A stretch of 64,000 nucleotides of DNA. Source: Rhynchobatus australiae. Its lineage: Eukaryota. How positions within the stretch are numbered: position 1 is the first letter of the stretch; the number at the start of each line of letters is the position of its first letter. Location: the NCBI GenBank assembly GCA_034780895.1, contig JAUZTB010000042.1, positions 30,301,714 through 30,365,713 on the forward strand, read 5' to 3'. Of this stretch, positions 1 to 10,750 are shown piece by piece. The notes under the pieces are model-generated. The model saw only the letters and a program-made list of their open reading frames with translations, made no database searches and was not told the origin of the DNA. The translations under genes and the position numbers were made by a program.

Positions 1-160
1 TGTCACCTTCAAAATGCTTCCTGCTGGAGTGGATCTGATTGACAGGACAAATAGGAAACTGTTTAACCTGCATCACCTCCACTTCAGATTGAAGGCTACT
101 TTGACCTCAGTCATTAAGCTGTTGCATACAGAAGATGCTTGAACAGTACATGTGCACCTT
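1..160 (+). mobile_element. RTE-clade LINE reverse-transcriptase fragment (decayed)
   Basis: Broken translation LPAGVDLIDRTNRKLFNL..TSVIKLLHTEDA resembles the RTE ORF2 segment 'GVELIYRTDGKLFNL...IELQYADD'. Confidence 0.6.
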
Positions 161-189
161 TAAAATTTGAAATCCAAGTCACGTTTAAC

Positions 190-960
190 ACTGGGATTGC
201 CATAGTGTTAAAGGTCTAGATTGGGGTGGAGTTTATTCAGTATGTTCGGGAAAGTTCCCTCAGGCAGTATGTAGAGGGCCCTACCAGGGAGGGGGCAAAG
301 CTTGATCTACTACTGGGAAATAAGGAAAGCAAGTTACTGAGTAGGAGAGCACCTTCTGACCAGTGACCATTGTTCTGTTAGTTTTTAAAATATCTAAGGA
401 AAGGGACAGAACTGGTCCGCAGGTTTGAGTTCTATATTGGGGCAAGGCAAATTTTGCAAAGGTTGTTTGGGCTAGGTTGTTTGTGGGCAAATGGACCTCT
501 GGCCATTTAATCTAAAAATGGAGATTTTTAAAAGTGAGTTGGCAAGAGTTCAAGGACTGCATGTTGCTGTTAAAGTAAAAGGCAAATCTGCTGGGAGTTG
601 GGAACCCTGGATGTCAAAGGATATTGTAACTCTGGTCAGGAAAAAGGAGATTTGAATCAGATACAGGCAGCTGAGATCAAGTGAATCGCTGGAGGTACAT
701 AGAAGATGCCAGAGTATACTCAAGAAGGAAATGAGGAGGGCCAAGAGTGACATGAGATGGCTTTGGCAGAGAAAACTACAGAATCCTAAGAGATTTTTAG
801 AAGTAAATTAAGGACAAAAGAGTGAATAGGGAGAGAGTAGGGCCCCTCAAAGACCAAAATGGAAATCTATGTGTGGAGCCGTTGGAGATGGACAGAGTTC
901 TCGATGATTATTTGTCCTCTGTTTTTACCATGGAGAAAGATGTGAAGACTTAGGAATCTG
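190..960 (+). mobile_element. CR1-clade LINE ORF2 fragment (endonuclease C-terminus and linker)
   Basis: Frameshifted motifs 'LRQYVEGPTREGAKLDLLLGN', 'TSDHCSVSF', 'GPLKDQNGNLCVEPLEM' and 'DYLSSVFTMEKD' are typical of CR1 ORF2. Confidence 0.85.
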
Positions 961-1107
961 GCAAGTCATCATCCACGCAAAGAGACTGTCTGAGAAGTAA
1001 AGTCCAGAGCGTGTAAATAGCGATGCCAAAGTGAACATACAAGTCTTTTGCATTCAGCAAGAGAACTTAGGTTAAGTTAGCAGATACATTGCCCAACAGG
1101 GAAGACA

Positions 1108-1450
1108 AAGTATTTCTATAGTGCCTTTATTACATATTTAGGATGTTAAGAAATATTTTATACTAACTTTTGAAATACAGTCACCATTGTTGTAAGTAAA
1201 TCTGATCACTAATTTATGTATAATGGTATTCTCAAACAACAAATAAATGAGTCAGCAGAGAAACTGGGTGGTTCTGGCTGAGCAAGAACTCCTAAGGCAT
1301 TTTTTACACATACTTGGAAAATTAATTATCTTTTCAACTTAATATCTCATTAAAAGATGGCACCCCTAACAATGCATTGTTTAATATTACAATTAAGCAA
1401 TATCATAGATTGTGTGATTAAGCATGTAGAGGATATTGATTCAGATAACC
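1108..1450 (-). mobile_element. Old Deu-domain (SacSINE1/AmnSINE-like) SINE relic
   Basis: Shares the tail (tatttctatagtgccttt) and internal blocks (cagtcaccattgttgtaag, aaagatggcacc) with the better-preserved copy at 58470-59020. Confidence 0.45.
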
Positions 1451-1659
1451 AAGCTGATTATAGCAATTTAGCACACGAGCTGTGAACAAGCATTTCATTC
1501 AGTGGAAATGATACTGTATATATGAGCATCTTTATAGAAGTTGACACACCCTGTGACCTCATGATGGTTTTTAAAAAAAAAAGGAGCCATTGTACTTTCA
1601 TGAGCACCTTATCTCCATCTGCCGTAATAGCCATGATCTCCCAGTGGCCTGCCATTTTA

Positions 1660-2011
1660 ATTTCACCCCATTCCCACATTGATATGTCTGTCCACAGTCT
1701 ACTGCGACATTGAGGTCAAATGCAGAGTAGAGGAGCAACACCTCATATTTCATCTTGGTAGTCTCCAACCTGACGGCATCAACAATAATTTCTAACTTCC
1801 AGTAACCACTCCCTATCACTACTAGCTTGTGCTCCTTCCCCTTCTCACCTTCCCCCCCCCCCACCTTTTTATTTTGGCATCTGCCCTCTTTCTTTCCCAT
1901 CCTGATGAAGGGTCTTGTCCCAAAACATCGACTGTCCATTTCCCTCCATAGATGCTGCCTGACCCACTGAGTTCCTCCAGCATTTTGTGTGTGTTGCTCC
2001 AGTATCTGCAG
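1660..2011 (+). mobile_element. Penelope-like element 3' end plus terminal repeat with degenerate hammerhead core
   Basis: Translation 'EEQHLIFHLGSLQPDGIN' matches the C-terminus of the Penelope GIY-YIG endonuclease. It is followed by CTGATGA-AGGGTC-TT-GTCCC-AAAAC-ATC-GACTG and the recurrent tail 'gatgctgcctgacccactgagttcctccagca'. Confidence 0.75.
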
Positions 2012-2489
2012 NNNNNNNNNNNNNNNNNNNNNNNNNNNNNNNNNNNNNNNNNNNNNNNNNNNNNNNNNNNNNNNNNNNNNNNNNNNNNNNNNNNNNNNNN
2101 NNNNNNNNNNNNNNNNNNNNNNNNNNNNNNNNNNNNNNNNNNNNNNNNNNNNNNNNNNNNNNNNNNNNNNNNNNNNNNNNNNNNNNNNNNNNNNNNNNNN
2201 NNNNNNNNNNNNNNNNNNNNNNNNNNNNNNNNNNNNNNNNNNNNNNNNNNNNNNNNNNNNNNNNNNNNNNNNNNNNNNNNNNNNNNNNNNNNNNNNNNNN
2301 NNNNNNNNNNNNCAGTATCTGCAGCCCCTCTTGTGTGAGGCATTGTACTTGTGCTTTTGTCATTCACTATCCCATTAAGCTCGCCATATATCCACACACC
2401 TGCTCCATCTGTGGAAGCATCTGTAGTTCCCACATCAGCCACCTCATAACTACAAAAGCTGAGTGGAAGCAAGTCACCCTCAAGTCCAA

Positions 2490-2797
2490 GGGCAACAAAC
2501 AATCTGCTGGAAGAATTCAATGGGTCATGGACACCTGTGGGAAGAAAGGAACTGTTGATGTTTCAGATCAAAACCCTGCATCAGGATGCAGGGCGATGGA
2601 TCAGCAATAGCTTTTAACCTTCATGTTCTCCGATACTGTTTCTGTGAAATATATTTTACAAACTTTAAAAAGTAGCAGGGTTTTGACCCAAAACATTGAC
2701 AATTCCTTTCCTCCTACAAATGCTGCTCAACCCACTGAGTTCCTCCAGCAGATTGTTTGTTACTCCAGATTTCAACATCTGTAGTCCCTTGTGTCTC
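2490..2797. repeat. Inverted pair of Penelope terminal-repeat copies (2490-2590 minus, ~2674-2797 plus)
   Basis: 'aacaaacaatctgctggaagaattcaatgggtc...gaaaggaactgttgatgtttcagatcaaaaccctgc' is approximately the reverse complement of 'gcagggttttgacccaaaacattgacaattcctttc...ttcctccagcagattgtttgtt'. Confidence 0.75.
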
Positions 2798-3658
2798 AAA
2801 TCCCAGGGACTGCCTTGGAAGAAGCAGCAGCAGTTCACTGAATACTCACTCAGGCCAAATCTAGTAAGAAGAAGCCTTGGCTCTCGATTGATCCTGAGCT
2901 GAAATTTACCTAAAAAGGTTTCCTACACCTGAAGAACATTACTTACTTATTATCCTGTTATACTCAGTTTCTGTTTTTTTTTCATTGTGGCCACCCTAAG
3001 CTTTTAACTAAATTGCCTTTGGCTTCTTTACAATGAAGAATCATTTCTCCGGTTACAGTTCCCAGTTCTTACCTCACATCTCTTTGACTTCATGTGAATG
3101 CTGCTCCATTTCCTTTTCAGATGCATCATCAGATATTGATACTTCAGCAATTAAATATCTGCCTTTGGAGCCAAAATGGTCACACACAGGAATTTTCTTG
3201 GTAGCTCTGCATCTGCATTCAAAAGTCTTCTGAAAACAAAGTATTTCAAAACCCATAGAGAATAGTTAACCTGCTTATGCATTTTCTTCAACAAAGGGAT
3301 CTGTGATTAGATCCCAATAAAATGTTTACATAAATAACCTTTTACAGTTCGTAAAATATGTTTCACGTAAGCACTGTTGGAGGATGTAAAGGTTAAAAGC
3401 TATTGCCGATCCATCATTTGAATGTGCACTGAAGCCAAGTGTTTTGACTACTATAATAAGGTGTGTCCTAAAGTAAAAGGTAACATGAAAGAATTAATGA
3501 CCCAAGGTCCAGTAGTCTTGCTCAGGAGAATTTCTTAACTGAGAGGGTTACAATAATGGTGGGTTGTATATTTATTCAATGTTTTCTTCAGTAGGTATTT
3601 CTTGCTTCAATAGTTAAAAGGTTAATCCATATTAAAAGGCCTTTATTTTGTTTCAAAG

Positions 3659-3761
3659 GTTAGAAAACCTACGCAACAAATTGGTGCCAATTTATTCATA
3701 CGACCCTAGTGAGGATCATAATGATGTGGAGGAAGAAATAGATACTAATGGAGAAATAAAA
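3659..3761 (+). CDS. Internal coding exon of a C3orf18/SMIM29-family small single-pass membrane protein
   Basis: Acceptor ttttgtttcaaag, donor gtaagt, 103 bp, phase 2 start. Encodes (R)LENLRNKLVPIYSYDPSEDHNDVEEEIDTNGEIK, matching recalled human C3orf18 [27 protein letters not shown] and SMIM29 [27 protein letters not shown]. The TM-encoding exons were not found in the window. Confidence 0.8.
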
Positions 3762-4212
3762 GTAAGTTTAACTTGTTGAGAATTCATATTTTGTATGATA
3801 GAATAAATTACAAGTGGAGGATGACCAAATCTGTTGAAAACTTTTCTTAAAAATAAAAGCTCCTCCTAAAGAGCCAGTGAGCAAAAATACTATATGGTAT
3901 CAAGTTTTGCAAAGCTGAACAACTCAGACTTAATTACCAGATTCTGAAATTAGCTGATCCCAGCCATAACTGCAATTACATTGTTACAGTTGGACACATT
4001 TCCCTGTGAACCAGAAAATGGAAAAGTCAGCCAAGGTTCTTGCTTCTGCTGGCTTTCCAGTAGTTAGTTCCTGGTGCACATACAAAGTCTGGATAAGGAC
4101 AGATTGGGAGCAACACACAAAATGCTGGAGGAACTGAGTTTTGGTGTCATCCAAGAATATGCAGCCTGTCGGCATTTGCTGTTTCAGCTCTCGCCTTAGG
4201 TTTAGTCCAGTT

Positions 4213-4487
4213 CAGTGATGCTCATCCTGGGTTCATAACCACCATAGAGAACACCACCAATTAAAGGGGTTGGATGGCTTTAATAATATTGAATTAATTT
4301 AGTTGTAAGTTCTCAATAAAATTAAATTAAAAATATAATTGGCTATAGTGCTGTTAGCAGTCCCAGGAATCCATGAGATAGCTTCAGCTCCTTAAAAGGA
4401 ATGACCCATAAGAGACACTAATGGTGGGGACTCCTATTCTGTCAAATGTGACAAAGGTTTATCCTTAAAATTGGCTGGGAACCACTG
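4213..4487. mobile_element. Possible non-autonomous hAT-type MITE relic
   Basis: Imperfect terminal inverted repeats cagtgatgctcatcc ... ggctgggaaccactg. No convincing 8-bp TSD. Confidence 0.3.
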
Positions 4488-4675
4488 TCCCTAGAACCAC
4501 CATCCCTGACCCTGGCTTCAGCATCTGCAATTTCTTGTGTCTCCACTGTCCGTGGAAACTTGATACCAGATGGCAATACATGGAACTATAATAGAAGGAG
4601 CTGATGCCTCAGAATAAAGAAAATGTGGAGAAGACCAGCAAAAACAAAAGCCATCAGCATGCACGTGGAACATTA

Positions 4676-4828
4676 GTCTTCTGGCACCACACCCGTGGCT
4701 AAAGAAGATAAAAAGATCTCTTGTCCAGGCCTCAGCAATCTCCTCCCTTGCCTCCCTCAGTATCCTGGGACAGATTCCATCAGACCCTGGGGACTTATCC
4801 ACCTTAATGTTTTTCAAGACGCCCACTG
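4676..4828 (-). mobile_element. CR1 LINE ORF2 fragment
   Basis: VLKNIKVDKSPGSDGICPRILREAREEIAEA is the conserved CR1 pre-RT 'KSPGPDGI.PR.L' motif. Confidence 0.9.
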
Positions 4829-6119
4829 TCTCTTAGTATCAACATGCCCTTGATGAAGATAGCATCCTCTAGCTTAGAATCATACAATCTTGCTCATAGG
4901 CTATTTAGCTCATTTAGGTTAGTCCCAATGATTCTCTCCTTGAGTCACCAAATCTATTCTCACTCATTTGCTCAATTCCAAATTTCTTTAATTTTCTTTC
5001 TTGTATGGTTTTTCACCTTTTACAAATCACCCTTAAAACCCTTTTCTCCAAAGGTATAACTACGACCACGTGCAACCCATTTACCACAAGGGGGCTTCAA
5101 GTATGAAGAAGACTTTGTAGCTGTATCTTCAGTAACATATGAATACATACCCACTATTTACAAAGACAGATATTTTTATTTAAGGGATGATTTTGAAATC
5201 AGTATAAGAAAGTTGACTCTCCTCAGCATTTGGGATCTAAGGTTTAATAAGTTGAAGTAGTGTGGATCTCGTATGGGTTAGGAAAAAAGACCAGAAAAAA
5301 AACTGGAAAAATATCAGAAGCAAGCACCTGTAACTGATTCACAACATTTAGTTTAATAATCTATTCACTTCCCTCAGCTGACTAATTTAAAGTGTTTCTA
5401 TTCTTTAATCACCTAACTACTACAAGCATAATTTCTATCAAAGGTCTAGAAACCTTGGCTCTGATTTTAGTTCTCTCAAGCCCCGGAGAATATAGGTTTT
5501 GCCAGCACTAATTGACTCCCAGTCATTAGCCACTGTTATTTAACTCTTCTGCTTGCTAACGAGATTTTTCTATAAGCTATCCTTTATCACGGAGTGGGTG
5601 GAGAAATTTATTGTTCCTCTTCCCACCCCAATACTTTCATTTTTATGATAGAGTAACCTAGATATTTGGGTTAATTTATGTTTTAGCTTCATAATATAAA
5701 AAATAAATGAAAGATCATGGACCAAAAATATCAACCGCTTCTCTCTACACAGATGTTGCCTGACACACTTTATATATGACTCTTTTCATCTTTACTTTCA
5801 TTTTTGTAATCTATTTAAATGGAATAATGAATAGTTCAGCAATGAGTGTCCTATTATGATTGAATCTGTTTGTTCTTTTGTTCATCTTTTGTGTATATTG
5901 TGGCTTATTTTTTCTGATCATGGAAACAGATAGTAACCTGGTCCTAGGATTCTGCTCATAAATTCTTCATCCTGCTGTGCCTAATTTTCACCTTCTCCAG
6001 GTCCTCTGTGTTGAGCATAATTTGCTTCCATTCCAATTCTGTAGACTGGTTGTTTAGCCCAATGTGGGCCCCTCAGACCCTGCCATCAGTTGAGCAGAAT
6101 TAGGTGTTGCCGAGCAGCA

Positions 6120-6275
6120 CTACCAATAGTGTCTAGGGTTTGTAGAGACAACGATGGTGATGTGTCTCCAGTTCTCAGGTAATCTATGTCTACAAGTGTA
6201 CAGGAAGGTGGGAATCACTGCACTCCAGTAGACCATGAGCTTAGTACCAGGTCGTGATCTTTGATCATTCTTTTC
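6120..6275 (-). mobile_element. RTE-clade LINE fragment
   Basis: 'RPGTKLMVYWSAVIPTFLY' resembles the RTE post-RT motif 'TKL.VYRAVV.P.LLY'. Confidence 0.7.
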
Positions 6276-6619
6276 TTTGGTCAGCCAGAGTTTGTGATGG
6301 TGCATTGTGGATATGCAAAGTGATCCATATTTTCTCGGCTTTCTTTGTGGATCTTTATTGTGAAGGATACTGGAGATGTGCAGCTCGATCAGGTTGCTGG
6401 ATAACCTTTGTTTCATAGATGTTTAGTGCAAGTCCCATTCTTTCTTGTGTGAGTCAATAATACTTAGAACTTAACCACTGCATGTGCAAGTGTTATCTGT
6501 TTACTTCAGTTCTGCAACTGAGGTTGGCATGATCTTCGTTTTGGAATGGAGGCAATAATGGTTAAATTGTTTCCATTCATCCTGAAAATTAGCTCCATTC
6601 CATTTTCCATACTGGAGGG

Positions 6620-7100
6620 AAGTTCTGAGGAGAGGCAAACAGAAGGAAAGAGTTAATGTTTCAGGTTGAGAATCTTACATCAAGTCTAGAGAATGTTGGA
6701 GCTAAAGTAAGTTTAATACTCAGAAAAATGTGGGAGCGAAGGAGAGAATATGAAAAGAAATTATTGGAAAGGAAAGAAAAGCAGAAAAGTACTAGATATG
6801 CTGATTATCTGAAATTGTTGAACTCAATGTTAAGTTCAGAAGTCTGTAAAGTTCCTTTTTAAAAGAAGATGAGTGGTCCTCGAGTTTACATTGATTTTGT
6901 TTCCTCTTTTCACTCCCTCCACCCCCCCCCCCCCCCACCACTTCTCCCTTCTCATTTCCATTTCCATGGAGTGGGCTCGATGAACTGAATGGCTACCGTC
7001 TCCCTTATCTTGTGATTCCTGTAGAACTGTGGGAGGCTAAGGTCAGAGTGCAAGGAGAGAAGTGAAAGGGCAGGTACTCCATTGCCTGCATTTGCACAGG
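6620..7100 (-). mobile_element. Decayed Penelope-like fragments
   Basis: 6800-6890 (tgaaattgttgaactcaatgtt...aagatgagtggtcctcgagttt) is the antisense of the endonuclease C-terminus seen at 1700-1800. 6650-6685 is a terminal-repeat remnant (ttaatgtttcaggttga). Confidence 0.5.
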
Positions 7101-7288
7101 AAGCTGTTAAACGTGGAAGCTGGTGAGGATAAGGGGAACCCTCTCCTGGGTTTGAGTTTCACTGTGCCCTTTCCAATATTTTCTCTTTGAAAATGTTTCC
7201 TGTGAATGATTCATATTACACACTAAAATATCTGCTTGATAACCTTTCTTGTGAACATTATTTAGTTTTTAAATTTCCATTCTTTTAG

Positions 7289-7379
7289 GATAATTATGAA
7301 CTTTCAGCTGAGAAAGAAACAAGACAGAATGTGAACTGTGCCTCCAGTTCTGATACGGGTATTGGTAATCAAGAAACAG
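7289..7379 (+). CDS. Probable next exon of the C3orf18/SMIM29-like gene
   Basis: Strong acceptor (tttccattcttttag), phase 0, matching the previous donor. Open frame DNYELSAEKETRQNVNCASSSDTGIGNQET. Three possible phase-1 donors (after 7358, 7364, 7379), or read-through to TAA at 7412-7414. No homology support. Confidence 0.5.
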
Positions 7380-8511
7380 GTGAATCAAAATTTTCTAAGA
7401 ATTCACAAGCATAAAAAATCTGCACAACACCTATCTAATAAACATAAAACCATATTTTGCTTGTTGCTGCAGTCAATTTAAGATGCCAGTTCTTGATGCA
7501 GGAAATATCAAATTGCCCTCTTAGTCAAGCTATTCCATGTCATTAACCTCTTGGAAATATGGAATAAAGCTCAGGTATTTGAAACAAAGGAATCAAGGAA
7601 TCACTAACCCAATTATCTCATAAGTAATCAGGAACATGATGATGGAAAAGCCACCAAGAATGCTTTTAAATGACACTTGCAGTTCCAAACCTATTTATGG
7701 AGTTGCAGAAAGCTGGGAAAAGAGCTGGATCAGGAAGGAAGAGGCAAATGTTAGGTAGTAGGGTAGATGGAGAAGAAGTGGCTGGTGAGGTGGATGGCTG
7801 GGTTGAAAGACAGGAGGAAAAGGTTGTGGAGGGGAAAAGAAAGAGCTGCAGCTGGCGGGGAGGTTGGATAGGAGAGAGAAGGAAAGGGAGGAAAAGAATG
7901 CTTGAGAGATGATTAAGTGACAAGATAGGGGATGTATTGGGAGAAGAGTATGAGGAAGCAGTTGGCCAAGAATGCTAGTCAGTGGAACATATGGAAAGGT
8001 AAAATGTTTGTCTATAATGGGGCTAGAATTTCATACAGTAGGGAAAAGACTGGTGAAGATTTGTCAACTGTAGGTGGCAAGGAGAATGCTTTCAACAAAT
8101 GGCTGTATATTTATTCAGTGAGTAGATGAGACATATTTTCAAGATGCTATTTGTATTGAGATCTTTGATTTTAACTGTGGGGAAATGGGGATGCTATCAC
8201 TGGCTTGCACAATTGCATTAAAAAATATAATACCAGCTGCTCCCTGATTGGTTCCCAGCCACCCCTGCTCCCTCAGGAAAATATATTTTTCCTTGATATT
8301 GGGTGACATCAGCATCGGACTTAGCAATGGTCAACTATTTTGCCAACACTCAGTATTGGTTGCACATGAACTGTAACCACTTTGCATCACAGAGGAGACA
8401 GACTGGCAGCTTTGAAACCATTTATTAATGTAAGTAATTGTACGGCATCAAAATGAAAAGCAATTTTGTCTATATATACAACATTGTATATTTATAATAT
8501 TTATTCCACAG

Positions 8512-8573
8512 GTGCACTAGACGAGAAACAGGTTTTGAAGATTGAGAGTGGACAGCAAAACACAGATACATAA
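8512..8573 (+). CDS. Candidate terminal coding exon of the C3orf18/SMIM29-like gene
   Basis: Acceptor atttattccacag. Phase 1 is compatible with the upstream donors and gives (G)ALDEKQVLKIESGQQNTDT*. It is followed by about 1 kb of U-rich, repeat-poor, UTR-like sequence. Confidence 0.45.
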
Positions 8574-9533
8574 GAGGTTATCCCATGGTAGAATTGAACA
8601 GCTGAAACAATAATTATTTTTACAATTATTTTTGAACTAGTTTTCAGATTGTAGCATTGTGTTTTTGTTGCAAAGCTGGATCTTTCAACATTATATTTGT
8701 GAATTGACTAGAAATGAAATGGAGAAAATGAGATTAATTGTGTTAGATTTTTGTGTGTGAATTTGTCTTTAAATATATGTGCATTCTTGTTACTTCAGGA
8801 AGAATTTGGTAGTTTGGTGAAAGTTCTTTAGATTGAGTGGAGTGTCCATGGGTGTAGCATGAAGCCTTTTGCTGACAGTTACCTTAAATGAATATTCACA
8901 TATCTGAAGCAGATAAATACATTTTTGGTGTTCTGATCAAGGATTAATTCATTCATTTACCAATAAGAAGATATTTTAAAAAATACATTGCTTTAAAACT
9001 GAAAAAAGGCAACGAGAAAGAAATAAGAGTACAAACAGAAACTGAATTGTTTTGACATACGTCCACAATGCAAAATCATGCTTTGGATATTTATTGATAC
9101 TTAAATTCATTCTGTATGCCTTTGCTCCCTTTATTGAGTCACATTCGTTGCAAATTTTATAAGAACTTGAGTGAAAGTTTTTTTCTGTAAACTCCCCTCA
9201 TGTGATTCACAGTGATATTCATGCCACTCCACTTCCCAGTTGGCAGATTTAATTCTATATTTGTAATCTTACTAAATGTGCCTTAATGGAGAAAAAAAGA
9301 CTGCATGCCACAAGGAGGTCTATATTGAATGGCAATAGAAAGTGTTTTGAAGGTCACATAAAAATGATGTATCTTATTGGATCATTATCGTTTTCCTGAG
9401 TGCTCAGGAAATGTACTAAATGTAAGGTGGTAGTGCGGGTGGGTTCAGTCATTGTAGCTATTATGGCTTAACTCAATAACTGTTGAGCTAATGGGTTGGA
9501 TCACTTATTACTACATTGAATGTAATTGAATGC

Positions 9534-9539
9534 AATAAA
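9534..9539 (+). terminator. Candidate polyadenylation signal
   Basis: AATAAA followed about 20 nt later by GU/U-rich sequence (cttgtggttttatg), about 960 nt after the putative stop. Confidence 0.35.
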
Positions 9540-10329
9540 CATATTTCATATAAGTCACTACTTGTGGTTTTATGCTAATGATGGCAATAACTGAATGAAA
9601 ATGGTTATTTTGGGACCATTTTTACCTTCACTGAACTGTAAAAAGAAGCAATTAGCTCTATGACCTATCTCTATTACTGGTTGTTTGATCACAACCTAGG
9701 TTGGAAATAGAGCACTCCAGTTGGACTCCCTTAGACTCAAAGAGGAATAAATCAGCCAGAGCTTCTCCGTANNNNNNNNNNNNNNNNNNNNNNNNNNNNN
9801 NNNNNNNNNNNNNNNNGTAAATAAGATTTTTACATGTGTATAGTATTTCCATTGTCAAATTCCTACATTCATTGTATAGCCTCTTTGAAGAGATAATGGA
9901 GGGTATCCAATGACCACAGAACAATCCATTGAATTCAAAGAAAATCAACTTGATATCTGCACACATGATGTATGTGACAAGATGTGTCATGGAACTTTCA
10001 AGATTTAAAAGTTGACCTTTGTAGCAGAAATCAAAAATACTCAAACATATGACCCCAGAGGGAGCTATTCCTTTCAAATGGGAAGAGGAGAAAGTAAAGG
10101 GTTATTGGGTGGGAATTTAGTGGAATTGTCAGATTGCACACATTGTTTCAAAAAGTCTGTACTTTTCATGGTATTCCTATTACCACTTAGATGTTTCCAG
10201 CTTCCTTTGGAGCACACATTTCAAGGTATGACTACTCAAGCTAATAATTCTGGAAGTGGAAGGTCTTGCAAGATATGGTCAGGTCACCAGCTTCGTTAAC
10301 TTACTTTTATCATCTTTGTGTCTATGTAA

Positions 10330-10750
10330 GATTATACTTGCAGAGGAATGGCAGGCCATTCAGCCCAACAGGTAGAGGTTCAGCTATGGATTATGCTCTA
10401 GGCGAGTCTCTTTCAACATTGCTTCATGTAATACATTCTTATATTCCCTTTCCCTTCAAAATTACCTGTGTTATTCATCTAAAACAGTCCAAGTACTGAG
10501 TTTCATATTTACCTCTCTGCTTAAATTAATTTCTCATGAATTATTTATTGGTGAATGTCTTTTATTTAAAGTCTACTATTTCACTTGTGGAAATATCTCA
10601 ATGTCCATCCTACCAAATGCCTACATAATTTAAAGCATCTCTATCAGCTCATTTCTCTGGTTATTCTTTTCTAGAAAATTGAAGACTGTACTGTTTTTTT
10701 TAATCTGAAAGTTGTGGCCGCTTAGTTCCAGTGTAGTCGAATAGAATGCA
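10330..10750 (-). mobile_element. Old CR1 LINE 3' relic
   Basis: Begins with the antisense CR1 tail 'aggccattcagccca', followed by degenerate antisense 3'-ORF2 sequence. Confidence 0.45.

Noticed and set aside
1522-1713. 'MVFKKKR' as the missing KKKR exon of the C3orf18-like gene
   Set aside because: It comes from a poly-A run, with no GT donor after the Arg codon and no TM segment.
1822-2610. Long ORFs spanning N runs (also at 33 kb and 43.4-45.7 kb)
   Set aside because: Artefacts of translating assembly gaps.
3073-3229. Minus-strand exon-like segment with good acceptor and donor (KTFECRCRATKKIPVC...EVKEM*)
   Set aside because: All three frames contain a stop before the donor, and there is no similarity to contactin or any protein I recognise. 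At most a non-coding or poison exon.
9392-9411. Hairpin tttcctgag-tg-ctcaggaaa in the putative 3' UTR as an IRE or SECIS
   Set aside because: The loop is not CAGUGN, there is no C bulge or AUGA/GA quartet, and a palindrome this short is expected by chance.
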